Shown piece by piece: positions 47,301-58,407 of a DNA stretch of 64,000 bases. The notes beneath the pieces are model-generated. The model worked only from the letters and a program-made list of their open reading frames with translations, was not told the DNA's origin and ran no database searches. The stretch covers positions 96,001-160,000 of the forward strand of contig JBPOGI010000006.1 in NCBI GenBank assembly GCA_051251855.1, in the 5' to 3' direction. Position 1 is the first letter of the stretch. Each line of letters opens with the position of its first letter. Source of the DNA: Roseibacillus sp. Lineage in GTDB: Bacteria; Verrucomicrobiota; Verrucomicrobiia; Verrucomicrobiales; Akkermansiaceae. The position numbers and the translations under genes were made by a program.

Positions 47301-47569
47301 CATAGAGTGCCTGCGCTCCTGCAATGTCATCAGCTTGCGGTCCTGAAAATGCTTCACTATAGGTGGGATTCAGTAGTGAATCTGGGACATCAGTGTGGCC
47401 TAACCCAATGGCGTGACCAATTTCATGGGCGGCAACGAAGAAGATGTCAAAACCAAACCCTCCTGCTGGGGTCTTCCAAGGATCACCTGTGTCAAAGTGA
47501 AGATCACCGTGGAATCCTGATTCAGATCCGAGGGTCTGCTAGGGGACGGACACCTTTCAGGACGTTCGT

Positions 47570-48301
47570 TTAACTCACGAACAAGTGTCTTCGATGCCAT
47601 TGAAGAGCTTCTTGGGACGGGAGGTTTTTTTCGGGCAACGTAAGGGGTTGCCCCTCTCTCGATGTCAGGGTCTTTTCGAGTTCTTCGTTAGGCAGGAAGT
47701 CTGAGATCCGAGAGCCAATCAACAACCGGTAGTCGTCATCAAAGGAGATGAGGCCACGGTCGAAGGCGGCATCGAAAGTGGCGGAAAGGCAGAGGCCGTT
47801 GGTAGGCTTGAGGCGTAATTCCTCTGACTGTGACCATGGGATGATGTGAGAGGCACGGAGTAGGTCGGGCACGGGGTTCCCTGTGACGCAGCAACGGTTT
47901 TGGTAGGTTGCTAAGATTGTGCGGCGAAAGAAGGACTGATGGCGCCGAGTCTTGGTGAGTGAAAGGCTTTCGCTTGGTCCAACGGGTTCGGTAGGTTCGA
48001 CGGGTTCCTTGTCTAACAAGGGCTCGGATTCTTCGGCGAGGGCGGGGAGGTTGTTCTCGAATTCGTGCCAGATTTCGCGATCAAGATTGCTGGCTCCGGA
48101 GAGGCCTTTTATGCCCCTTTTCTTCTCAATGGGATCCAGCGAGGTGAGGTTGTTGAGTTTCATCGAAATTGAGCCGGGAGTTCGGCCTAGTTTTTCCGCT
48201 AACTCAACGATGGGCGGATAGGTGCTGTGTTGCTTTCCAAAGGGAGTGCGATGATACAAGTTGAGCGCTTGAAGTAATTCCTCTCGGGTCCATCGGGCCA
48301 T
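47570..48301 (-). CDS. HNH endonuclease (putative restriction-type)
   Basis: GRTPGSISMKL.N, QSFFRR, CCVTG, ASHIIPW, NGLCL, DAAFDRG. Confidence 0.88.
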   Translation of the reverse strand: MARWTREELLQALNLYHRTPFGKQHSTYPPIVELAEKLGRTPGSISMKLNNLTSLDPIEKKRGIKGLSGASNLDREIWHEFENNLPALAEESEPLLDKEPVEPTEPVGPSESLSLTKTRRHQSFFRRTILATYQNRCCVTGNPVPDLLRASHIIPWSQSEELRLKPTNGLCLSATFDAAFDRGLISFDDDYRLLIGSRISDFLPNEELEKTLTSREGQPLTLPEKNLPSQEALQWHRRHLFVS

Positions 48302-48413
48302 AGTGTGAGATTAGGAAGAAATTTCAGAGGTGTCGAGAAAGGGGGCAGTGAAGACTAGCCCGAATTTCTCACGGGACATGAGAGATTCGCCCGTAGGGCC
48401 GACTTTTTCGGGG

Positions 48414-48665
48414 CTAGGATTGTTCCTGAAGTTGTTTCTCGATAATGGCGAGAATTCGGGAGTAGTTGTCGGCTATCCATTGTGCTTCCGTCGCGTTGGA
48501 GCACTCTTTGAAATTTTGAGGAAATTCGGTGAGCTTGCCGGAGTGCCAGTCTGCGGTTTGTTGCCACTCCTGCTGTCGAGATGACATTCCTTCAAGGATT
48601 TGCCATAGGTCAAGGCGACTGAGTTTGATGGTGATTGTTTCCTCTTGAGGAGTTCTTCCGGCCAT
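48414..48665 (-). CDS. small hypothetical protein
   Basis: 83 aa; its 5' part is duplicated upstream. Confidence 0.55.
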   Translation of the reverse strand: MAGRTPQEETITIKLSRLDLWQILEGMSSRQQEWQQTADWHSGKLTEFPQNFKECSNATEAQWIADNYSRILAIIEKQLQEQS

Positions 48666-49002
48666 TGGTCATGGTAAGAATTTTTGGGAAATATGGCTAC
48701 CGACTATGAGTATCATTGGGCTTTCTGTGGTGAGGAAGGAAAGTGACGCATCGGAGGGGATCGAGGTTTATGCCGGTGCGGGTGAATTGGAGCGAGATTT
48801 GGGGGGAGCAGTGAGCTTGCCGGAGTGCCAGTCCGCAGTTTGTTGCCATTCCTGCTGTCGACAGGACATGCCTTCGAGGACTTGCCCGAGATCGAGGCGG
48901 CTGAGTTTGATGGTGATTGTTTCCTCTTGAGGAATTCTTCCGGCCATTCGTCATGGTAAGAATTTTCGGGAAATATGGCTACGGACTATGAGTATCATCG
49001 GG
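48529..49002. repeat. ~190-bp direct repeat pair (48529-48720, 48811-49002)
   Basis: Near-identical copies covering the upstream region and first ~46 codons of the small ORF. Confidence 0.9.
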
Positions 49003-49228
49003 AGAAGGTTGACGCATATGGTCTGGGAGTGCTGTTGCCTTAACGGGGTGTCTGGATGACGGGGTTGGTGGGGCCCCGACCATGTCGGGGGAACCCGGTC
49101 GCAGACCAGCGCTCCCAGTGACGGTTCGGTTGGTCAGGGACTGGAATGTCCCTGCTCCTTTGGACTCGCTTTGGGCGATTGCCTTTTGGATCTCTGTTTG
49201 GACGGTGGGTCAGGTGAGATGGGGTATG

Positions 49229-49894
49229 CTAGTTTCTCGTTCGGCGGAAAAGTCCGGTAAGCGAAAGTAGAATGAGAAGCATTGTGTGAGGTTCGGGAAT
49301 TGTGACTTGATCACGGATCTCGAAGGAGCGTTCGCTGGCATTGGCAAAGGTCCAGCTGTCTCCCTCACCAAGCTCGCGTCGCGCAAGCCCCCAACCGGGT
49401 TGTCGGTAGAGCAGTCCTAAATCGCTTTCATGCCAAACCCAAAGAGAGCTCTGTTCTAAAGAGGGATAGGTCTTTACCACCGAAAGCCAATAGTCCCCTT
49501 GGTCAAGTGGGATCGTAGCTGCCGCAGTGTAGAGATAAATAATGCCTCCGATCGCTGTCGACCGAGTAGCTGTCGGGGTCAATGGTGCAATGACGGGAGT
49601 TGAAAAAAGGGGTGTTTCCGAGGGGAGCCCGTTGAGGTCTTCGAAAACGCGAATAAGAAAGGTATCTGGGGCGTTGTTGGGCCCAACAATCATGTGGCCG
49701 TGCCACGCAATTTCGCGGATTGTCGAAGCTGTCGAGAGGGAAAAATTATCTGCGGTTTGGTTCAATGATGCCGGATTATTACTCAAGTTGGATGTCCAAC
49801 CCGAGGGATTCTCATCGATTGGGAAATGAGTGTAGAGAACAGCTGCAGATGCATAAATGCTCTGTAAAAACAGAGAGATAGGAACAAGTTTCAT
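49229..49894 (-). CDS. PEP-CTERM sorting domain protein
   Basis: Signal peptide; ADNFSL; IPEPHTMLLILLSLTGLFRRTRN; flanked by REP-like repeats at ~49122-49162 and ~49940-49980. Confidence 0.88.
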   Translation of the reverse strand: MKLVPISLFLQSIYASAAVLYTHFPIDENPSGWTSNLSNNPASLNQTADNFSLSTASTIREIAWHGHMIVGPNNAPDTFLIRVFEDLNGLPSETPLFSTPVIAPLTPTATRSTAIGGIIYLYTAAATIPLDQGDYWLSVVKTYPSLEQSSLWVWHESDLGLLYRQPGWGLARRELGEGDSWTFANASERSFEIRDQVTIPEPHTMLLILLSLTGLFRRTRN

Positions 49895-50063
49895 GAGATA
49901 GGGTCGCCTTGGTTTTTCTTTTTCGCAAGTGAGAGCGTTGGCTCGGTTGGTCAGGGACTGGTTTGTCCCTGGTCCTTTGGCTTTCGCTTCGGTCTTTGTG
50001 CTGTCGTGGCGGGAGGGAGATTTTATTTTTCGAAGGGGAGTGGAGTTCTGATAGAGTGCGCTT

Positions 50064-50846
50064 GTGATTGGGTTTCTTGATTCCGGGGTGGGAGGGCTTT
50101 CTGTTTTGCGGGAGGTGCAGGCGTTGTTGCCGGGGGAGGATTTGGTCTATGTGGGGGATTCGGCGTTTTGTCCTTATGGGGCGAAGTCGACGGAGGTGTT
50201 GCGGGAGCGGGTGGGAAAGATTGTGGAGTTTCTCCTAGGCGAGGGGGCGGAGGTGATTGTGCTGGCTTGCAATTCGGCGACCATTCAGGCGGTGGAGTGG
50301 TGTCGGGAGAAATGGCCGGAGGTGAAATTTGTGGGAATGGAGCCGGGGGTGAAGCCGGCGGTGAAGGCGACGGAAAGTGGGGTGATCGGGGTTTTGGCGA
50401 CGGAGGCGAGCTTGACGGGGGAGATGTTCCAGAAGTTGGTGGAGAAGTATGGGCAGGGTTGCGAGGTGCTGACGCAGGCGTGCCCGAAGTTCGTGGAATT
50501 GGTGGAGACGGGTTCGTTAGCAGGGCCGGAGGTGGATGAGGCGATTTGGGAGTATGGCGGGCCGTTGGTGATGGGGGGAGCGGATGTGTTGGTGCTGGGA
50601 TGTACGCACTATCCTTTTTTAAAGGGAGAGATTGCGCGGCTCTTTCCTGAGGTGACTCTGATTGATACCGGTCTCGCAGTGGCGCGACGAGTGGTGGAGG
50701 TGTTGGAGAATCCGAAGGTGGAGTCTGGTGGAGATGAGGTGGTGCGTATTTTGACCAGTGGTGCGCCCGAGGTGTGGAATGAATTGTTGCCTGATTTGGT
50801 GCCGGCAGTAAGGGCCTTGATCTGGCCGCTCAGTTTGAAGGGGTGA
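50064..50846 (+). CDS. murI: glutamate racemase
   Basis: DSGVGGLSV, PYG, LACNSAT, LGCTHYP. Confidence 0.95.
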   Translation: MIGFLDSGVGGLSVLREVQALLPGEDLVYVGDSAFCPYGAKSTEVLRERVGKIVEFLLGEGAEVIVLACNSATIQAVEWCREKWPEVKFVGMEPGVKPAVKATESGVIGVLATEASLTGEMFQKLVEKYGQGCEVLTQACPKFVELVETGSLAGPEVDEAIWEYGGPLVMGGADVLVLGCTHYPFLKGEIARLFPEVTLIDTGLAVARRVVEVLENPKVESGGDEVVRILTSGAPEVWNELLPDLVPAVRALIWPLSLKG

Positions 50847-50856
50847 AGTTGTTAGT

Positions 50857-50982
50857 CGTTATTGGTTATTGGAGGAGACTTTCGAACTTTAGGAACTCCT
50901 CCGTGCACGAGGACGAGAGTTACTTGGACGCGATGTTGGATGTTGGGAGATTTGAGAGTCTTGAGTCCAATAACCAATAACG
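50857..50982. repeat. intergenic 17-bp inverted repeat pair
   Basis: CGTTATTGGTTATTGGA / TCCAATAACCAATAACG. Confidence 0.7.
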
Positions 50983-51035
50983 CCTCCCCTTGTTTTGGGA
51001 TTTGAATTTTTGAGGATGTGGGCTTCTTTAGGGCG

Positions 51036-52376
51036 ATGACTGCACGACGCGATTTTTTGAGGACGGGGATTTTGGCGGGTGGCTTTGTGGGCTTGCAGCG
51101 GGCGTTGGGGGCTCCGACTGAAAGTGGGGCGCGTTTGTGTGAGGGCTATGGCGGTTTGGTGACGGATGCGGAGAAGGTGATGGATTTGCCGAAGGGGTTT
51201 TCTTATCAGGTGCTTTCGCGTCGAGGAGGAAGGATGAGCGATGGCTTTCAAGTGCCGGGTGCTCCGGATGGGATGGCGGCTTTCCCGGGGAAGGATGGTC
51301 GGGTGGTGGTAGTGCGCAATCACGAGCTGACGCTAGGTTCGTCGGCTTGGGGGGCATTGCCGAATACGAAGAGTTATCCCGAGGGGGTGCCGTGTTACGA
51401 TGCGGGGGCGGAGGGCGAGCTGGTTTATCAAGGGGGGACGACGCATTTGATCTACAATCCGGCGACGGGGGAGGTGGAGAAGGAATTTTTGAGTTTGGTG
51501 GGGACGGATCGGAATTGTGCGGGAGGACCGACGCCTTGGGGCTCGTGGATTACTTGTGAGGAACCGGAGCTGATGATCGAGGGGCGGGGGAAGAACCATG
51601 GCTGGTGCTTCGAGGTAAGGGCGGATGCGGAGGGGGTGGAGGAGCCGGTGGCCTTGAAGGGGTTGGGGCGCTTTCGCCATGAGGCGGTGGCAGTGGATCC
51701 GAAGACGGGGGTGGTTTTTCTAACGGAGGATCGCCACGAGGGGCTGTTCTATCGCTTTGTGCCTCGGGTGAAGGGGGATTTGAGCCGAGGCGGCAAGTTA
51801 CAGGCGCTCGCTTTGTGGGGGCAGCGGCGGAGTGATTCGAGGAATTGGCGAGGGAAGACGATGGAGGAGGGGAAGGCGGTGAAGATGAAGTGGATCGACT
51901 TGGAGGATACGGATTCGCCGAAGGATGATCTACGGATTCGAGGGGCGCGAGCGGGAGCGACGGTTTTTGCTCGTGGTGAAGGTTGTTGGTGGGGGGATGG
52001 CGAGGTGTGGTTTTGTTGCACCAATGGAGGCCCGGAGAAGAGGGGGCAGTTGTTTCGACTGACGCCAAAGGGAGACGGCGGGGAGCTGGAATTGTTTTTG
52101 CAGCCGCGGAAATCGGAGCTGCTCACTAATGGGGACAATCTAACAGTGGCCTCCAATGGTGATATTATCATCGCGGAGGACCGAGGAGATGATAGGTGCT
52201 CGCTGAGAGGGGTGACCGCTGAGGGGAAGGTTTACACTTTGGCGACCAATCGCATGAATGCATCGGAGCTGGCGGGAGTTTGTTTCTCGCCTGATGGGGA
52301 GACGCTTTTTGTCAATATCCAGAATCCGGGGCTGACTTTGGCTATCAAAGGTGATTGGAGCAGCCGGAGATCATAG
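51036..52376 (+). CDS. phoX: PhoX-family alkaline phosphatase (DUF839), Tat signal
   Basis: RRDFL; VRNHE, NCAGGPTPWGSWITCEE, GRFRHEAVAVD, SELAGVCFSPDG. Confidence 0.85.
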   Translation: MTARRDFLRTGILAGGFVGLQRALGAPTESGARLCEGYGGLVTDAEKVMDLPKGFSYQVLSRRGGRMSDGFQVPGAPDGMAAFPGKDGRVVVVRNHELTLGSSAWGALPNTKSYPEGVPCYDAGAEGELVYQGGTTHLIYNPATGEVEKEFLSLVGTDRNCAGGPTPWGSWITCEEPELMIEGRGKNHGWCFEVRADAEGVEEPVALKGLGRFRHEAVAVDPKTGVVFLTEDRHEGLFYRFVPRVKGDLSRGGKLQALALWGQRRSDSRNWRGKTMEEGKAVKMKWIDLEDTDSPKDDLRIRGARAGATVFARGEGCWWGDGEVWFCCTNGGPEKRGQLFRLTPKGDGGELELFLQPRKSELLTNGDNLTVASNGDIIIAEDRGDDRCSLRGVTAEGKVYTLATNRMNASELAGVCFSPDGETLFVNIQNPGLTLAIKGDWSSRRS

Positions 52377-52835
52377 GCCACCTTCGAGATGGTAAAAGAC
52401 GGCGTAGGCGATACCGACAGCGCTCCCAATGGCGAGAACTACTCGGAGATCTCTACTCCTTAAGAACGAGAGAAGATGATGGCTTCTCTGGGAATACCTC
52501 GGGATGGGACTCGGGACAGTGTCGGGAGAGTGGTTCGATTGCTCGCGCCAAGTGCGGAATTTGGGCACTTTTGCCGGAATTCTGCTGGGGCGGAGGACGT
52601 GTCGATTGACGACAGGACTGGCTTGGTTTCGTTGAGAAGCACTCATTTTATGGGCAAGGTTGAGGAGCACGGGGGCGACATTCGTAAGGCACAAAGGTAG
52701 GTCTTTCTGGCTTGCCGCCGCAAAAGACAGGCAGTTGCAGTGCCAAGGGACATGAAAAGTTCTTTTAAGGAAGGACTTTGTCTGCTTGACGATGTGGCCG
52801 AAGGTGTGCAGCCTGCGCCTCCTTTCACCGTAAGC

Positions 52836-53882
52836 ATGGCAGCAAAAATTTATACAGACAAAGACGCGAACATTTCTTCTATCAAACGAAAGAAGCTCGC
52901 CGTCATCGGTTTTGGCTCACAGGGACACGCACACGCCCTTAACCTGAAGGATAGTGGATGCGATGTCGTCATTGGTCTTTATCCCAAATCAAAGTCCCGT
53001 GAAGTGGCGAAGAAGCTGGGCTTCGAGGTCATGGACACAGGTGACGCGGTCGCTGCGGCAGACGTCGTTTTCGTGGCAGTACCTGATACCGTGGTTCCTG
53101 CTTGTTATAAGAAGGACATCGAGCCGAACCTGAAGAAAGGGAAGTGCCTTCTCTTCTCACACGGCTTTGCGATTCACTTCAAGACGATTGAGGTGCCAGA
53201 AGATATCGACGTTATCATGGTCGCTCCTAAGGGACCTGGCCACACAGTGCGTAGTCAATTTGTTGAAAAGAAGGGTGTTCCCACTCTGATTGCGATTCAT
53301 CAGGACTTCACTGGCAAGGCTCACAAGATTGCTCTCGGCTGGGCCAAGGGCATCGGCGGCACTCGCGCAGGTGTTTTCGAAACGAATTTCCGTGAAGAGA
53401 CTGTTACTGACCTCTTTGGTGAGCAGGTGGTTCTCTGTGGTGGCGCTAGCGCGCTCGTGAAGGCTGGCTTCGAGACTCTCGTTGAAGCGGGATATCAGCC
53501 AGAGATGGCTTACTTTGAGTGTTTGCATGAGTTGAAGCTCATCGTTGACCTCATGGTTGAAAGCGGAATCGCTGGAATGCGTTTCTCGATTTCCGAGACT
53601 GCTGAGTATGGTGATGTGACCGTCGGTCCGAAAATCATCGATGCTTCCGTCAAGAAGCGCATGCAGAAGCAGCTCAAGGTGATTGAGAGCGGCAAGTTCG
53701 CGCAAGAATGGACGGAAGAGTATAACAACAAGTGTAAGAACTTTAATGCCATTCGCCGTGAGGAGGCCAAGCACCCTATCGAAAAGGTTGGCACAAAGCT
53801 CCGTGGTATGATGAGCTGGTTGGGAGCTAAGAAGGTTGGTAAAGGTCAAAGCCAAGCTAGCTACGTCTCAGGTTCAAAGTAA
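52836..53882 (+). CDS. ilvC: ketol-acid reductoisomerase
   Basis: IGFGSQGHAHALNL, APKGPGH, DLFGEQ.VLCGG, SETAEYG. Confidence 0.97.
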   Translation: MAAKIYTDKDANISSIKRKKLAVIGFGSQGHAHALNLKDSGCDVVIGLYPKSKSREVAKKLGFEVMDTGDAVAAADVVFVAVPDTVVPACYKKDIEPNLKKGKCLLFSHGFAIHFKTIEVPEDIDVIMVAPKGPGHTVRSQFVEKKGVPTLIAIHQDFTGKAHKIALGWAKGIGGTRAGVFETNFREETVTDLFGEQVVLCGGASALVKAGFETLVEAGYQPEMAYFECLHELKLIVDLMVESGIAGMRFSISETAEYGDVTVGPKIIDASVKKRMQKQLKVIESGKFAQEWTEEYNNKCKNFNAIRREEAKHPIEKVGTKLRGMMSWLGAKKVGKGQSQASYVSGSK

Positions 53883-53936
53883 TAACAACGTTTTTATAAA
53901 CTTTGGGAACGCCGGTGGGGACCGGCTCCCAATATC

Positions 53937-53974
53937 AAAGCCGTGCGGTGGGGGCCGCACGGCTTTACTTTTTT
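53937..53974 (+). terminator. intrinsic terminator
   Basis: AAAGCCGTGCGG/CCGCACGGCTTT + T-rich tail. Confidence 0.8.
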
Positions 53975-54099
53975 CGTCACGAAAGTGGCACTTTCCCGAA
54001 AAACGGATCTATTTCCGTCGTATGGGGAGGATTGCCTTGAGGTGGAGAGGGATTTGTCCAAACTCGGCGTCAGGCTAAAAAACCACTAAACATACAAAC

Positions 54100-55701
54100 A
54101 TGAGTTCAACAGAAGTAAATCGGAGCCGCCTCTTGTGGGCAGGCTTTATGGCGATTCTCGCCGCAGGTGTCGGTTTCGGTATCCGTGGGGGAATTTTTGA
54201 CAACTGGGCAACAGAATATGGCTTTTCTGCGGCTCAGTTGGGAGCGATTGGAGGAGCAGGATTCACTGGATTCTGTTTCGGAATTATTATCGGCGGTATC
54301 GTGGTGGACAAGATCGGCTATGCCGCACTCGTCATCGCGGCGGTGGCTTGCCACATCTTATCGGCCTTTGTGACCTTCGGGGCGAGCACTCCCGATAATG
54401 CCTATCTGATGCTGTGGCTGGGTATGTTCATCTTTGCCTTCGCTAACGGCACCTTGGAAGCTGTCTCCAACCCTCTCGTGGCGACTCTTTATCCTGAGAA
54501 CAGGAACCACTACCTGAACATTCTTCATGCCTCTTGGCCGTTGGGTATGATCATTGGTGCTCTCATCGGTTGGGTTCTCGACGATAAGATGAACGTGCAC
54601 TGGAAAATCCAGCTCGCGCTCTATCTCGTGCCTACCATCGTTTATGGCCTCATGTTCTTCCGTCAGAAATTCCCTCGCTCTGAGGCTGTCGAGAAGGGGA
54701 TTCCTTTCGCCGACATGTTCAAGGACGTCGGTCTTCTCGGTGGTGCCGTTGTTTGCTACCTCCTCGGTAAGTTCCTTGATGGCTTGATTCCTGTGCCTTA
54801 CCTCGGTCTCGCGATTGGCGCGGCTCTCTGGGTGGGTCTTGGTTTGATGACCAAGTTCTCAAAGGGTTCGGTTCTTCTTTTTGTCCTCTTCATCATCCAC
54901 GCGCTTGTGGGTTCGGTTGAGCTTGGAACGGATGGTTGGATTCAGAATATCACGGGTAACTTGTTCAGCTCTGAGGCTGGTAAGTGGCTCTTCATCTGGA
55001 CTTCGGCGATTATGTTCGGACTTCGCTTCTGTGCTCACTTTATTGAGGAGAAGCTCGGTCTCTCACCGATTGCTTTGCTTCTGGTGTGTTCTGTCCTCGC
55101 CTTCCTCGGCTTGACTTTCGCTAGCGGAATGCAGTCTCTGGTTGCCGCCTTCGGTGCCTTGGGTCTCTACGCGATTGGTAAGACCTTCTTCTGGCCTTCC
55201 ATGTTGGCTGTTGCTTCTGACCGTTTCCCTCGCACAGGTGCAGTGGCTATCTCCCTGATGGGCGGTATCGGAATGATGTCGGCTGGTTTGATTGGAACAC
55301 CGGGTCTTGGTTACATGAAGGACCGCTACTCTGCTGACGAGCTCAAGGCGACCGCGCCTGCTGTCTACGAGACCGTAAAGGCTGAGGAGCCTAGCTCCTT
55401 CCTCGGGATGGCTTCTACGGAGGTGCTACCGATTGACGGTAAGCTGCTTGGTGAAGCCAAGGAAGCTGCTAAGGAAGAAACAGCGACTGACGCTCAGAAG
55501 GCGATGATTGCAGCTGACCAAGTGGGTGACCGCAAGACTCTGAAGTCGGATGCGATTATCCCTGGTATCATGGCTGTGATGTTCCTTGGACTGTTGATCT
55601 ACTTCAAGAGCATCGGTGGCTATAAGGCGTTGAGCATTGGAGATGAGGATGAGACCTCTCAGGCCATGAAGGACGCTGCCAAGCACGCGGGCGAGGCGTA
55701 A
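54100..55701 (+). CDS. MFS transporter
   Basis: About 12 TM segments; [10 protein letters not shown] motif [11 protein letters not shown]. Confidence 0.9.
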   Translation: MSSTEVNRSRLLWAGFMAILAAGVGFGIRGGIFDNWATEYGFSAAQLGAIGGAGFTGFCFGIIIGGIVVDKIGYAALVIAAVACHILSAFVTFGASTPDNAYLMLWLGMFIFAFANGTLEAVSNPLVATLYPENRNHYLNILHASWPLGMIIGALIGWVLDDKMNVHWKIQLALYLVPTIVYGLMFFRQKFPRSEAVEKGIPFADMFKDVGLLGGAVVCYLLGKFLDGLIPVPYLGLAIGAALWVGLGLMTKFSKGSVLLFVLFIIHALVGSVELGTDGWIQNITGNLFSSEAGKWLFIWTSAIMFGLRFCAHFIEEKLGLSPIALLLVCSVLAFLGLTFASGMQSLVAAFGALGLYAIGKTFFWPSMLAVASDRFPRTGAVAISLMGGIGMMSAGLIGTPGLGYMKDRYSADELKATAPAVYETVKAEEPSSFLGMASTEVLPIDGKLLGEAKEAAKEETATDAQKAMIAADQVGDRKTLKSDAIIPGIMAVMFLGLLIYFKSIGGYKALSIGDEDETSQAMKDAAKHAGEA

Positions 55702-55725
55702 GCTGATCTGTAACTGATTTTTCTA

Positions 55726-55754
55726 AAGCCCACTCTTCGGAGTGGGCTTTTTTT
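55726..55754 (+). terminator. intrinsic terminator
   Basis: AAAGCCCACTC-TTCG-GAGTGGGCTTTTTTT. Confidence 0.88.
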
Positions 55755-55799
55755 ATTGGAGGGTGGACTTTCTTGGCCATCAGCGCAGCTTCATAGGAA

Positions 55800-56573
55800 A
55801 TGAAGACGACCATTGGACGCTGTTCTCCCGAGGGCATTGAAGAGCTGACCGATCAGGTGGCTGATGAGGAGCCCTTGCAAATCACGGTGGATGGCTTTCC
55901 GGTAGCGGTGGTGATGCGGACGCCGGGGGATGACTTGGATTTGGTGAGAGGGTTTCTTTTGACGGAGGGGTTTGTAACGTCATTGAACGAGGTTTCGCGA
56001 GTGGATTTGGAGCAAAAGGACAACCACGCGCTGGTGTTTCTGGCGGATGGAGTAGAATTTGATCGGGCGCGCTTGAGTCGCAATCTCTTCAGTGCGTCGT
56101 CGTGTGGGATTTGCGGCAAGGCGAGTATTGAATCGATTCGACAACACTACGAAGCGGTGCCGGATGGGTTTCGAATTTCGCGCGAGGTGTTGCTGACTTT
56201 TCCTGATCAATTGAGGAAGGCGCAGGATGCTTTTGAGAAGACGGGCGGGATTCATGCAGCGGCTTTGTTCAATTCTGAAGGTCGATTGTTGGTGTTGCGC
56301 GAGGATGTGGGACGCCACAATGCTATCGATAAGGCGATTGGCTGGGCGGTGCAGGAAGGGGTGGGTTGCTCCGAGCTCGTCTTGCAGGTCTCGGGGCGGG
56401 TCTCCTTCGAGGTGATGCAGAAGGCGCTGGCGGTGGGGATTCCGGTGTTGTCAGCGATATCGGCTCCTTCTTCCTTGGCGGTGGAATTCGCGGAGGAGAG
56501 TGGGCAGACCCTCGTGGGTTTTTTACGGCCGCCTACCTTCAATATCTATGCGGGAGCGGCACGCTTGGTTTAG
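55800..56573 (+). CDS. fdhD: formate dehydrogenase accessory sulfurtransferase
   Basis: EEPL, MRTPG, SSCGICGK, TGGIHAA, EDVGRHNAIDK, SAPSSLA. Confidence 0.95.
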   Translation: MKTTIGRCSPEGIEELTDQVADEEPLQITVDGFPVAVVMRTPGDDLDLVRGFLLTEGFVTSLNEVSRVDLEQKDNHALVFLADGVEFDRARLSRNLFSASSCGICGKASIESIRQHYEAVPDGFRISREVLLTFPDQLRKAQDAFEKTGGIHAAALFNSEGRLLVLREDVGRHNAIDKAIGWAVQEGVGCSELVLQVSGRVSFEVMQKALAVGIPVLSAISAPSSLAVEFAEESGQTLVGFLRPPTFNIYAGAARLV

Positions 56574-56706
56574 CTTGTGGCTCTGGATGAGTTTTTCCAA
56601 TGACTGCGTTATTTTTCGATTGTTGGTCTCGACCAACTCCTTCGTCACGCCTTGTCCTTGAAAGAACTCATCTCAGCGAGATCGGCAATTCCATCTGGAA
56701 AACGGT

Positions 56707-58407
56707 CTAGTTGAGAATCTGCCAGAGTCCGAACTCGTTCTTTTCCTCAAGGGAGAGACTGTTGGCGCCGGGAACGAGGCGATGGTAGCGATCGATGATA
56801 GTGCCGCTGCTGTATTCTTGAGCCTTGTGAGCGTCGAAATAAAGCCGGAGTCGGAGAGTGTCCGAGAGGGAGGGGCTTTCCATCGATAATTCTCCTTGGT
56901 AAGGGCCCGTCGCTTTGTATTCGACATCGAGAACAGAATGGGTGCCATTGAGGTCGCCACCGAATCCAGTAAGCGAGCCAGACACGCCAGAAGAATTCAG
57001 GGTCACAACGAAATTGTTGAGAGATTGGGGACCGTTGGTGGAATCGATTTGACGGCCTTGAAACTGTATCTGTTTGCTGATGGTGAGGAACTGTTGGGCC
57101 GGCCAAGAGGAGTAGCTCACAACCAACGGATTGACGCGGAAGAATTGGCGCGGGTATGTTTTGCCGAAAGAGACACCGGTCTCGCCTGAGGTGAGGGAAG
57201 GGGTGCTCGACTCACCGGCACGGAACCATTGTTGAAGGTCGAAGGAGCTGTCGACGAGCCGGACTTGGAAGAGCGAGGCGTCGGTGAAGATGCGTGGGTC
57301 GCTGGGAGTGGTGCAATCGATGGTGGCCTGGCTGTCTACAAGGCTTACCTGAGGAGCAGTAGGTGCATCGTCGATGGGCTGATAGGGCGTGCCAATGGTC
57401 TCGAATCGAATGGATTTGAGAGTGGCGTTGCGCGAGCCATTGAGAATGTTTCTAACAAGGGTGCGGCTACCGGATACCGAGGTGGTAGGAATGATGGTGT
57501 TGTTCAGGTAGTTGCCAGAGAAGACGGTTCCGATGAAGGTGTGGCGGCCCTCGAAGTCAGGGTTGCCAGTTAGGCCGGTGACCAAGAGTTTGGAAGCGGT
57601 GGTGTTCGGAGAGGTCAGGTCCTCGTTGGCGAAAGCGACGGCGTAAGTTTGGAGTGAGGTGACGTTGCCCGAGGCGTTGGCAAAGTGATTGCCGAAGACG
57701 GCATTGCTGTTGATAGAGTTGGCGTTGGGGTTAATGACCTCGTTAGGAATCAGCCAACCAGGCGAGGAGTTGACGCCGGAGCTGCGTTCCCCAAGGACCA
57801 TGAAGGGATTGGAGCCACCACTGACGGGAATGGAGCCGGTGTTGTCGTAAAAAGGGTCGCTGGAAAGGGATCCGTTAGATTCGTTGAGGTAAGGGAGGTC
57901 CGGCTCAACGTTGAGCATGTAGCGATTGAAGAGGGAGCTGTAAGAAATGCCGAAATCGAAAGCGTCGAAGGAGTCCTTCTGATGAATCCAAGTGCTGCTT
58001 CCGCTGAGGCGAAAGGTCGCCACGGTGCCTCCTCCGCTGCGGACGACGGTGGCGATGGAATTCGACGGGACATTGACGGCGTTGGTGCTTCCGTTGACCG
58101 AAATGGTATAGGTGTCGACTCCGCCTGGGGTGAGAATGCCATCTTCGTCGGAGGGGCGGTAGAAGCCGGAAGGGTTGTTGGTAAGGGTCGCAAAACCGCG
58201 ATTGCGAAAGTGCTTTAACGAAGGGTCGGCCAGCATCATGAGTTGGGCGATGCTGCGGGGCGCATTATCGGGGTCGAGCGTGATTACGAAGCGTGCATTG
58301 GAATCGGTGGGGTTGGTGGCGGACACCGTGACGATGGCGTAAAGGCTTTGCGAAGGCAGAGGGAGCAGGCTGCAAAGAAGCAGGGAAAAACAGATTAGGA
58401 GTCTCAT
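56707..58407 (-). CDS. exported protein with degenerate, split cyclophilin-like domain
   Basis: APRSIAQLMMLA ... PGWLIPNE ... VAFAN ... GRHTFIGTV; C-terminal part resembles the neighbouring gene. Confidence 0.6.
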   Translation of the reverse strand: MRLLICFSLLLCSLLPLPSQSLYAIVTVSATNPTDSNARFVITLDPDNAPRSIAQLMMLADPSLKHFRNRGFATLTNNPSGFYRPSDEDGILTPGGVDTYTISVNGSTNAVNVPSNSIATVVRSGGGTVATFRLSGSSTWIHQKDSFDAFDFGISYSSLFNRYMLNVEPDLPYLNESNGSLSSDPFYDNTGSIPVSGGSNPFMVLGERSSGVNSSPGWLIPNEVINPNANSINSNAVFGNHFANASGNVTSLQTYAVAFANEDLTSPNTTASKLLVTGLTGNPDFEGRHTFIGTVFSGNYLNNTIIPTTSVSGSRTLVRNILNGSRNATLKSIRFETIGTPYQPIDDAPTAPQVSLVDSQATIDCTTPSDPRIFTDASLFQVRLVDSSFDLQQWFRAGESSTPSLTSGETGVSFGKTYPRQFFRVNPLVVSYSSWPAQQFLTISKQIQFQGRQIDSTNGPQSLNNFVVTLNSSGVSGSLTGFGGDLNGTHSVLDVEYKATGPYQGELSMESPSLSDTLRLRLYFDAHKAQEYSSGTIIDRYHRLVPGANSLSLEEKNEFGLWQILN

